Positions 26,701-38,700 of a stretch of 64,000 nt of DNA are shown piece after piece; the first letter of the stretch is position 1; every line of letters begins with the position of its first letter. The translations under genes were made by a program, and so were the position numbers. The notes under the pieces are model-generated. The model worked only from the letters and a program-made list of their open reading frames with translations. It did not search any database and was not told where the DNA came from. The DNA is from Raillietiella orientalis (taxonomy: Eukaryota). The DNA is taken from assembly GCA_036172245.1 (NCBI GenBank), contig JAYWIR010000035.1, positions 310,001-374,000 on the forward strand, written 5' to 3'.

Positions 26701-29700
26701 TTTCTGCCAAGACACCCACGATTTCCCCTGTGAAAGCTTTTTTTGCTCTTCTTTTTTTTTTTAGTCCATCTCTTTTATCATCTAAACCTCTTTCTTCTAT
26801 CCATTACCAGCAGCAACTGATAATAGATGGAAGAAAACGGGTTCAAAGAACGAATCTTACAACTGCACAACTACAAGAACCCCACAACTGCAAAGGATGG
26901 CCTAGTGTTGAGCACTAGGCCATCTTTGTAGCATGAACTTCTGCTTCCTAACAAGCACCGGACTTACTCCTCCATCATGTAATGCAGCGCCTCTCTTAGT
27001 TTATTCTCCGCATTCGTTAAGCTCTCGGAAGAGCGCGAGTTCCCTAGCGGGTCCCCTCCGGAGAAGAAATTCCTTCTAGCAGATCCTTTCCGTGTTCCCT
27101 TCGGAGAAAATGAAAGGGAGAGGACAGCCCTTCCCATTAGGGGGGTGTCCCTCCGGAGAGAATGAGGAATGAGGATTCCCTTCGGAGACAACCAGGGTGT
27201 TTTGAGTCTTTCCTCCCTCTCTCTCTCTCTCTGGCTGAGATCGTAGTAGGGTCATTGCAGTATCCGAAGACACCCCACGAACCAACCTCGGAGTTTCTTA
27301 CTACGCCTTCTGTCCCAATAAAAACCACGGAAACACACGAAAACTTTCTTCGGAGAAGGGCTCTTCGGAGGGAGAACTTCCAAGTACAAGATGAGGGAGT
27401 TTATTCTCTCGCCATAATCCTGTGCTTTAGAGGGCGAATTAGGAAAGCGAACGCATGCCTGCTCACTACTGTGTCTTTGAAAGCATTGTGTGGTGTTGAT
27501 GTCAGTCTTTCTCCCGAACTCGAATCTCACGTCTTTCTCATTTTGATCACTGCACCCTTCCTCATCAGGAAGCCTGGAAGAAAATTAAGGAAAGCGCTCG
27601 AAATCCTCAATCGTCTCGAAAGGGTACTGGAGTGTCAAAAGAAGGAGGTGCATTTGTCCATCATGCACAAATGCACCTCCTACACTACAGAAATGGAAGA
27701 TCCGTGGGATGCGCGCATTTCTTTGTTGCATCCGAGTGGTGGAGATGCCGCTTGACGTTTGAAGTCGTGACTGAGGATGCGTTCGTCCGCTTCGGGTCGA
27801 GAAGCTATCCAGGTCTTCAATGGGGAATAAATCCCTCCCTTTAGTCGTTTGAAATTGACCTCATAGTGGCTGACCTATCTTGTCTCGCATTGGCTCCATA
27901 TAGAGAAAGTGACGCGGGTACTCGAGCGGCGTTTCGGATTAGTCCCGCTGCAGTCCACAACTTATCCCTCCTCCTCTAGCTCCATTCCGTAATGAAGATA
28001 ACGGGGAAGGAGCTATCTTTCAAGTGATGGGTGGATTCCCTCTCCTTTTTCGGCAACACTGTGAGCCCTTGTACCTACGGATGTGAGCGATTCCCTTCGG
28101 ACCGCTGACGCACGGTTTCACGTCTCGGCGCCCCCGCTGCTATCAAAACCGCTGATCTCCGTCCGAGTCCCAACGAGCCTACGTGCATGCGAAAAGACCT
28201 CTTTGAGGATGCATCTCCGTAATTATCCCGCGATGATGGGGAGGAAGTATGGGAACCGGGATTTTCTTCTCGCTGTACCAGGAACAACGCACGCGCGGCA
28301 GGCGAGCGCGCCGCCAGCGGAAAGTTCGAGCGTGAGTGGTAATCTGAGGTCTGAGAGAATCATCCGAGCATCGTTTCTCGAATGGATGGCTGGGTGCTAA
28401 TGGTGAACCGCTCTTGCATTCCAGGAAGCCAAATGCGCTTGGATTGTGATCCTCATGGCCTTTTACTGGCTTTTCGAAGTCATTCCGTTAAGCATGACTT
28501 CTCTGATGCCCATTTTCCTGTTTCCGATATTGGGAATCCTGTCGACCAATGAGGTTACTACACTGTACATGAAAGATGTAGTCATGCTTCTTTTAGGAAG
28601 TCTTATCTTTGCTTATTACATAGAGCGCTCGAACTTACACAAAAGGATAGCCCTCCTTAGCCTCCGATTCACTGGAGTCACCACTCGAAGGTAAGACATC
28701 CTTGTCAAGTTTCGAGTACCTTGTTGAAAAACCGAATATGTACATGTGTGTGTATGTGTGCAGACGTGGATGTAAGAATCGTTAGGGAATCATAAAATTA
28801 ACCACCATTTCCCGGATCTTAAGCAATACTGGCGGAAGGTTTTCGCTCTTCAAAAAACAGTCGTGCTGGAGCGTTATCCTCCTGTCAATGTTCCTGTTCT
28901 GGGAACGGGGATTCCAGGTTATCCCGATAAGATGCTGATGGAAGTAAGCAGACTTTTAACGCACAACAAGGCACGGAAAGATCTTGCTGCTGATCTTGTT
29001 CCAAACATCATTGCTGTTGTTTGCGATCCGTGAAGGCAGGCAGGCGGCGACGTTGCAACCACCGTCGCTGAGAGAATGAGAAAAGAGAGGGGAGCACGCC
29101 TTGAGCCAATGATTCTCAAGTGACCGGAAGAAGACGGATGGAAAGACAACCCTTATGCTAACACACCCTTACATAATCGAAATGCTTCCAAAGCTTGAAA
29201 ATTTAACTTGGCGAAAATTTCAGCATGCCGCTCTTCGACAAAGACACTGCAGCCGTTGAACCTCTGTGGTAAAGCATCAGAAGCAATGGAGAGGGATGTG
29301 CATTAATGAAGGACCACACACACATTATAAAAACACGCGTGCGTTTCACCTTTTGCTTCGCTATGGGAGCGTAGATCCCGTTAGAAATGAGCCAGGAAAT
29401 GCGCTTATTTGATTATTTCTCATCAGGAAGCTGAAAACATGAGTTTTCAAGATTAGAGCGTTCCGGCCGGAAGCGACTCTCTCTGCCACCTCTTTTGGAA
29501 TCATCCGATTACATTTATACGAAATGAATTCCACGACCTGCTGTGTCCCACAGGTGTTGTGCTACCCTTTCGACAACCATGTGGCGACCATGGCTGAAAA
29601 AAAAAAAAAAAAAAATCTCTCAGAAGGTGAAACGCTTGCTCCTCTCTGACTCAGCTGAGGATACACACTAGCCGATGATGAGCCAGATGGCAAAACAGCA

Positions 29701-32700
29701 CGGAAGACGGGTTCAGCAAGGGAAGACGGAAGAAATCGCAGTTGTTGTTTCTCGGAAGAGGAGAGATCTTTTGTCAATTTCCCACTGGGAACGGAACTGC
29801 AAGAACAATGTGCCTGTTGTGAGCAAATTGGAAAGGACTTCCCCTCTTGGTAAAGTATCGAAGACGAAAATGCCATGATTGCACTTTTTTGCTTGATTCC
29901 GATGTTTCGCACGTTTCAATGACAAAACCGAAAATCCTTCCGAGGTTGGAATGGAACTCTAAAGATACGTGTGTGTTCCTATAAATAGGTTTATCCTGGG
30001 GCTGATGCTAGTGACCATGTTTCTCTCGATGTGGATCAGTAACCTGGCCTGCACAGCACTAATGATTCCCATCGCGGAAGCGATAATACAACAGTTGCAC
30101 CAGGTATTCTTGCATTTAATCACATGTATTCCTTTCAGATCTCCATCACAACTCGTAAACAAATACTGTGATTGGTGAGTGGTTCAGTAGCGATAAGCCT
30201 GCTATTAGGACAGAGTGCATTTTTTTCGCTCACAATCTCAATGGGATGTGTAAATAAAAAATAACTTTCCATAAACGGGGGCTCCGCAACTCGAGAGCGA
30301 CTTCTAGTAAGCGCCAGTTTTCTTTGGAAACCCGAAATCCGGAACGGGGCAGCAAAACTCCTGAACCGTTTTAAGACAGTGACACGTCACAAACACCTGC
30401 GGCCGAGCTGATCCCTTCTTTGTAGGGGTGGGGGGGAGGGGGGAAGGGAACAGAAGCAAGGTGTTCCAACAGCACGAAGAAGGAGAACATCCGCTCGCAG
30501 CCGAGCGAGAGTTCTTGCTGATTTCCTGCGAGGTCTGCGGAGGGGCGAACCGCGTGTCATTCCGGTGGCACGCAGCACATCCATATGGTAAAAACGAGTA
30601 GCACCCTTCGTGGCAGCAACCGTGGCTCCTAAGGTCCTGGAGGACTTTGGGTGCGTCGAATCGAAAAAATGGGGTCGGATAACAACAGGTCGTTGGAAGT
30701 TCCCTGCCGCCCCACAGTGGAAAGCTGATTCTGAAACGGGAGCAAAGTCCTTCTTCTTAAAGGTCCCTACTGTAGGGGAAGGAAACACATCCAAGATGCA
30801 TCCTTCCACCAAAGTTCGGGTCGCGTGAAAATCTTAAGCAGCTGGCCTCAAATCGAACAAATCAAAACATTACACTGAGTGGTTGCTTGGAGAAACATTA
30901 GGCGTCTTTATCACTAGCAATCTGATTCCAGAAATAGGCTCTGGGAGAGAGCATGGCCGAGCATTCTTATGCACAATTAGAGATATGGTTCTTCCTCTAG
31001 GTGACACATGGCATGCATGAACGAGTACCGATTACCCAAACGCCACTAAAACACATAGTGGGGGGGGGGGGAAGAGGAACCTAGCCTACTCCTACGAAGC
31101 CCTTTGGGCATGGTTCCTTAACTAGTTAGGTGTCTGAGATCTTACGAGATCTTTACGTCGATCTTGCAATCGCCAAAAGCAAAATGGTGCCACGCGATTC
31201 CGAATCAGAGCGGATCCACGATCACTCGTCTCGAGGATCGGGTTCTGCTCCTACTCCTGCCGTCAGTCTTATTGAGTTTATGTATCATTCATCATTAAAC
31301 ACATTTTTTTCGAGAAACACACTTAGTATAGCATCACGGCATTTGAATCGCAGCTGCAAACACATCTCGAGAAGACAGAACGAGGATAGATGCATGTTGG
31401 TGCCTAGAAGTTTACCATGCACTGTTTCGAGCGTGAGACGGAAGCTGCAATCTTTGTTGGATCGCCTCAAGGTGCCAAATATCCTTTTCTCCTTCTGTGC
31501 AGGAGCATCCTCGAAAGTATCCAGAGTCATTAGTGTTTGACAGGAGAGAAAGTGTTTCATGGCCGTCTTCACATAATTCAAGGATTGCACAGCAGTGAAG
31601 ATGGCTGAACTCCATTCAAAACAGCATCGTGAGAGGATCGTCTGACTCATCGACGGAGCTCGATACTGTTCATGTTCTTCTAGAGAGAGAATGGATCACA
31701 ATCCATTAGGATATGGCAACGTTCCATCACCGATGACTAGGGAGGAATGATTCAAAGGCTGAGGAAAAGCCTGAGGCAAACTACATGGTTTCCTTTTCGA
31801 ATAAGAGTGTGTCGAGGATCGATGAGTGAGGAAATCAAATCAAACAGGTGCACCACGAGGGAGGACACCTCACACGCAATTCGGAGGTGGAGAGAACTGT
31901 CGTGAGATTCAGCAGCTATCCTTCTTTGATGACTTCCCTTGCGAATTGGCTTCGCCTTGGGGGTCTTTTCTGCTTTCATGCTCGTGGTTTCGATAACTCT
32001 GTTTCGCGTGGCTAAACGTCTACTCTGCAGACCTTGGCGACCTCCGAAAATACGGTTCATCCCTCTCGCAGCGCCCTTCGGTCCGATAAGAAATCGCTTG
32101 GAGAAATCGCTGCGCTCTGTCTTCAAGTATGCAAATACGCGGATCATTTGCACCAAGGATGCATTCGCGTTCCTTCACGAATTTTCGATCTCGTTTGGAA
32201 AATTGCATTCCTGTCGCTTCAAGTTGGGACCACTGTGGCCCCATTCTTGACGATACGGGTTCTTCCTTATCATGCATGTAGTCGATCCAGAAGGTATAAG
32301 GGTGCAGCAGCAAAGAGCTATCTCTCTTATCTGTAAATCCTTCTTACTAATTTCATTTGATGCACATTCACAGTCTGTTTCGAATTTCGATGAGTGTTTT
32401 CATTGGTAGTTCGTGTGTTTACATCTTGCGAACACTACCCAGCCGCAGCACACACCGATCCATCTACTTTCTCATCGATGGTTACGTTCTTCTACATCGA
32501 GATATGGGAATTTTGCGCGTAGTGTTCCTCGTTTCTGCAGTAAGCACCCGTTAGAAGAATGACTTCTAATTCTTCCTCTTCTCCCCGTACAATGGTGAAT
32601 TCCAATCGCTTCCTCCTGGAAAACTCTCCTTTCTTTCCTAATTGCTAACGATTTGTTGTCGACTCCCAGCCACCAGGGGGCAAATTCATCGGCATACTTC

Positions 32701-35700
32701 ACTTCTGCCGAAGAGTAATATGGAAACTTTGGGAGGCAGCGTATCTAGAAATGTCAGGACAGAGGGACCAGACAGGCGAAGGATCCAGCTCCATTATTTC
32801 ACTGCTGAGAATGATATGACATGGCCATTTGGAAACGCTGAGTTTCCAGTTCGTAGTCCCAGTAAATGCTTGTGCAGGAGTGGATGGTTAGAGAGAGCTA
32901 AATACTGATTTTGTATGCTCAGGGCTCACTGGCAGAACATGCCGCACATTGGGTCCAAGGTAGTATCGTTATCGCATTACCTCATCTTGCTCTTTTGAGA
33001 AAGCGAAAGTGCACGACAAGGCGAGGCAGGGTGAGGTTACTGCGACGAGACTGCAGATATACGTCCTGCCCCCCTGTAGCAAGCAAACGAAGATGGAGGT
33101 AACACGAAAAGAACACCCCGTTTGTTGGCTGGCCGACTGCCAAATAGTAAATCGCTTAGTAATAGAACGGACATTTCTATTAGGCGTAGAATAGTAGGAT
33201 GGTCACAAAAGGTCTCGGAAGGTGGACTCGAGGGAACATTTACTTAGAAGGCCTGAAATGAGGGGTTTGGTTGCATCAGTTGGTCCGTCATGGAGATTTC
33301 TCCACTGACTGTGATACTAGATGCCTAGTTTTTATGGAGGTAAATTTGAGTGACGGGGGACACGAGTTCAGGAAAAGGGGCAGGACTACCTACCTGTGTT
33401 CGAAGAGTGCTCCCAAGACATGAATTTGCGGTTCAGCACGGTTGGAAGAGGGAGAGGCGATTTGACAAGCGAAACCCCACGCTCTTTAGAGATTCATCTG
33501 CAAGGAAATAAACAGGGAACCTCCAGTGCACCAGTTAAAAATCTCAAGAGCCTGCAAACGGGAAGCAGATCAACTGAATTTGGCGTTGGAACCAATGATG
33601 GTCCAGTTAGCAGAAGGCGAAATGGGCACAAGGAGATGAACTGATCGACAAGGAACCGTTGAGAAAACGCTTGCAACTCGTATGTATGCGTTTCTAAGAG
33701 ATTCACAAGGATTCTTGGAAGAGCAGCGAGGATTCCGAGGTCCTATCAGTTGCAATTTATTACCGCCCGAATGGAATTTGTCGAAAACAACGCTTCATGA
33801 AACGCATCCTCCTAAGAACCTAAAGTTAGCGTGAAGAGCTTGGACGAATAAGATGGGAGGATTCAAAACAAAACGAAAGAAAATGGGGCGTTAGGAGAAA
33901 ACCCAAGAATGGAGCTAAAAAAAAGAAAAAGAGTAAAATGGCTCATCATCAATAATGTCAGATTTGCATTCAAGAGAAACCAAGTCTGCGGTGCACGTTG
34001 CCATGCCACTTACATTGATGGCTGCCGATAAATACTCAGTGTCAATCCCAATTTGACTGGCGAATACGATTTGCTCATTTCAAAAGTAAGCGCGGATCGG
34101 ATACAAAGAAGGTTGCAATAGGAGAAACAAAAATGTATTCGTGGTTGTTCTAAACACATGCATCTCCATGTCACCTTTCTACATAGTCACCATTTTGTTT
34201 TCCCCAAACACCTTTAACACCGTGGAAGAAGCTCACTGAAACCATCGGCATGAAATTCCGCCACCTGGGAGTTCAGCCAGTTCAGCACTGCAGTTTTCCA
34301 CTCCTCGCATTCCCCCTCGAATCGTTGAGCCACTTCTTGAGGTGCAGGAAGGAAGACGTGATAGTCACTAGGCAGGACCGTGAGGTGGGAGATCAAAAAG
34401 TTCCCATTTGAATTCCCGAATTGTCTGGAAAGTGCGGACAGCATGTGTTGCCAAGGCGCGCGTTGTGAAGAAGAGCAATTCCTGATCTCAGCATTCCACT
34501 TCGTCGGTTCTGCTGAATGGCACACTGCAGTTCTAAAAGTATTCCACAGTGGACTTGCGAAGGTTGTTCCAGGCTCAATAAAGTCCACCAAAAACGCACC
34601 CTTTTGGTCCCACACCCTGCTGCCTGCACATTCCAGACAATTCGGAAATTCGAATGGGAACTTTTCGATCACCCTCCCCTTCTTACAGTCCTGACCTCAC
34701 GCCCAGTGACTACCACTTCCTTCCTGCACCTCAAGAAGTGGCTTGCATCGCAACGATTTGGTACTTTCCTGATTCAGAGACGACGGCGAAGGAGTCTTTT
34801 TTCCACAGGGGGAGTAGTTCGGTCTCAGCACTTTTGGCAGTTGATGCCATCCTTCCGGGGGTGCCGATCGCTTGCAGCTGTAGAAAGGGGAAACCGATCA
34901 GCCCGACGATCGTCGTCCGATCTCGGTACTTTTGTCGTCTCGGGAGTCATAAGGGAGTGGTGGTGATGGTGGTAACAAAAGGATTCTTCGGACATTAAGG
35001 AACGATGTGGTTCAGTAAAAAAACAAAAACAAAATTCCAATGATCGTAGGTCAAGATTTTCGTCCGCTGAAGGTTCAAATCGAAGCGGCCCTTGCGCTGC
35101 GGTCTCGTGCTTTCCCGTGTCTGCTCCTGATGCTCCGCTTGGAGTGACCAACCCTTTTCCACCAACAGCGGCCGTCAGAAGGAGCCGAAGCGTCGTGAGG
35201 TGGCCCCGAACGGTCCGTTCGAAAAGCCACCCTGGTTAGAACGCTCGGCATTCCTGAAAGCAAGAACAGCGGATCTTGAGGATTATCGGAGCCTGCGGGA
35301 GATTTTTCAGCCGTTCCTACGCGTGCCCGTTAACGAGGATGGGAAGGGGTTCTTCGCGAACGAGGTCGTAGCAGCGCGCATTTGGCTTCGAGAGCGGCGT
35401 GCAAAAAGGAACTACAAGCACAGTGTGGGTGGCGAAGAGGATGCTGGGCCCTCGGTCTCACCGCGAATGTTTTCGCTCTTCCTTGCAGATGTTTGCTTCG
35501 GAAGTGTTGCCTCTCGACTCGGTGTTTGTGCGTGCGTGCGTGCGTCGCCTTCTGAAATTGCGCGCTTCTGAGTGGAAAGCTGTTGCCTGTAGGGTTGACC
35601 TCTCGATCCTCCACGTGCAGGATCGATGGTTTCAAGCGCCGACTCGGCGCCACATCTGCATCCTCCTTACAACAAGTGATCTCTCGCTCTGAAGGGAAGG

Positions 35701-38700
35701 AGCTCCCAGAAGGACTGTCGTTCGGATGAGCAGAAATCTTCCTCGCACCCCCAATTTTTTTTTTTTTTTTTGCACCGCAATTTCCTGGAACCGTCTGGGA
35801 AGATCATTATAGTGGGTCTTTAACTTTCAAGGTCCTTTTTCGATTTTGACGGAATGCAATGCGCCTTTCGAGGAAGTGGGTAGAATTTTTTTTCTCCCTG
35901 CAAACGAAAGATGGAATCTTTCTTTCTGGAGAGAAACCGAAGCTTAGTGCGTGCTCGAAGAAGTGCAGATAGGAAGAGCAGATGCGGAAAGCCCGGATCT
36001 TTGGCGTTGCACGCGCCACGCCAAAGATTGTTTTGTCACTTTCACGGAGAACACGCTCGAGAGATGTCGTGCAGAGTGGATCTATTCAGTAACGCGTGCG
36101 CGTGCATACACCTCGTACGGAAGGGGAAGGAGGGAGGAAGGGGTAAATGAATCGAGAATTCTCGGGGTCGTCGAGGAGCTCGCATCGACATTTTGTACAC
36201 ACAAAACTAGAAATCTCCGGATTTTTCTTTTCTTTTCTTTTTTTTTTTTCTTATCGACTTCATGCTCTCTTGGAGTCACTGTTCCTCCTATTAGCACCAA
36301 AATCATGGGTCCGCTGCGCTAGTTGCTGTGAATGGGGCTCCGTTGGAGGAAGTCGTGATGTCACTACCCGAGAAAACACCTAATTCTTCTGAAGACCTTC
36401 CTGAAGTCGAAACAGCAGAAAGGTATTTTTTTTTAATTTTTTTTTCGAGGGAGCTTGGTGGGTAGAAGAAGAACTGGAATGCTGTACCAGTTCTTTGTTC
36501 TCCTGTTCCTCTTCCTCTCTTTGTCCTCTTCCTGCATGTCATCTGAAGTCGTTTAAGAATCCCAGCCACCCAGAACCCGTGACAGGATGAAAAGAAATGT
36601 CGAACCATGGTGGTGATAGGAAACGTCTTGCTGTGCTTGCCTTCCCTCTTGAACTTTCCGGATGACCTCGTCCAATGCGCACCATCAGTTGGTTGCCGAC
36701 AGTTTTTCAGACCTCAAATTCACAGGAAAGCCGATCTGCACGTTCCGCAAGGATGGACAAAATCCCAGAAGAACGCACGCATCGTAACGATCCTGTCCAT
36801 CGCGTACGCCGCAAACATAGGGGGTATCGGCACTCTTGTCGGCACCGCGCCCAACCTCGTCCTGTACGGATACCTTTCCAGGTGAGTCTCTGAAGCAGGC
36901 TGGGAGGGAAATCGAAGGAGTCTTCGGGGAGACCCGCAGGGAGGGATTGCTTTCGCGAACCGGTCCCGTCAGATCCTTCAAGAAGGGACCGGGCGAGGTG
37001 TTGTATGTCCAGCGGCGTCCTCTTCGGCGAACGAGCAAAACGGTCGTTGCCCGTTCGCCGCCGCCTATTTCTTTGGCGAGGCGGAACGTTCCTCCCTCTG
37101 CGAGCGGGTCGCGACACGCCCTTCCGTGTTCTACGTGCAGCAGAAACGCGGGGCGGCGAAGGAAGAACCGCTGGTCGGGACGGCATTTCCTCCTGGTCCT
37201 CCGGGGAACGCGCACGTGGAACCCGTTCTCGTCGTGAGTCTGACGTTTCCGCTGTTGGCCCGCCTGGAAAGCAAGCGGCTTCCGGGTCCTTCCTTGCTAC
37301 GGAGAAGAACACCTCTTTTTCCTACCGTGCAAAAAAAAAAAAAAAAATGATCACTTGCGTTTGCAGCTCTTCCTCTCGTTGGTAGAGGGCATCCACGGGG
37401 CGTTCGGAAACGTTGCGTTCTCAGCCACTTGATCGCGGAATCGTCGGAGCGCAACCTTCACGAGACGCTCTGAGGAAGCAGTGAGGAGGAGGCCACGGGC
37501 ACATACGCTCCATGAGGTCGGCTGCCGCACTGGTCTGTCGTTCCCTCCGAACGCCCTGCGACCAATCGGCGTACGACCTGCTCCGAATAGAGCCAAGTGG
37601 AAAGTTGATTTGCACGATACCAAATAGAAGTAGGCGACATCGTAATTTCTCGCGCAGGGTAAATGTCTGATGAAGAGCCCTAACGCACGTCCGTTCCGAG
37701 TTGCGACCCGAACCCCAACCTATCGCAATCGAAAGCTGGCAGCAGCAACTTACCGATGACACCGCTAGCTCTGAGGCAGCAGCTGTTGAGGTCGAGTTTG
37801 ACGTGCTGCAGCTTTGGGAAAGCTTCCTTACTGGGTTGTCTTGTGAGATTACAAAGGGACAGGTCAAATCGAAGCAAACGAGTCATGGTGGAAGGAAGCT
37901 TGGCTTGACTTCATTTCCTCTCTTCGCGGTTAATTTGTTATTCGATAGTTAACTTTCAACGTAAATCCACTGCTAAAGGTATGTATACACTGGGCTGGCG
38001 GAAGCACAATTTACTTCGAGCTCGTGTACTTAGTCACAGCTTTCGTTGGTGCCTGCCTTCCAATACGGCCTGCTTTGCCAGTTCTCCGAGCAGCAACAGG
38101 AGCACCGTCCGGTGATGGTCGTGCGCCTGTTGCAGTGGGACAGGCGGGACGCTTCTGCTGCGATGCTCTCGGAAATGCCATTCACAAAACTGTCCTAATC
38201 GACATGGACCTGCCTCGAAAATTTATAGATGTAGATGGCATAACTCTCCTTCCTCTTCCGCTTCTTCTTGTCTCTTATCGCGATGTTCTTCTGCGCTTTG
38301 CCTGCCTTCTTCACTGCTTCCCCACAACCAGACTTCGGAGCCATCGCGGATCCATACCGCAATGCGACTCACTACACCCTTGCCTTATATATATATGTAT
38401 ATATACAACGGATCGAGTGAGAAGTATTCCTTACATATATATATAAGGAAAACTTCTCACTTGATCTGTGTAAATAAAAGTTGCACTGTAGGGAAATGGG
38501 CTGCTAAGGGAAGGCCCCAAGATCTTTGTCGTGGGTTCCCAGAGTCTTATCTCCAAGCCAAGATTCAAAAGATGGCCGGTTCAGCGTCGAACCATTTCGC
38601 AGTGCTTTGGCTTGAGGATTCACACAGATTTACTGTTTCCAGTACTTACGGAAAGACGGAGGTCAACTTTACCACGTGGCTGTTGCTGCACTCTGTATGC

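Noticed and set aside
37665..37740. Hammerhead ribozyme (CTGATGA...GAAA)
   Set aside because: The stem before GAAA starts about 25 nt away from CTGATGA, and no stems I/III with a cleavage triplet could be built.
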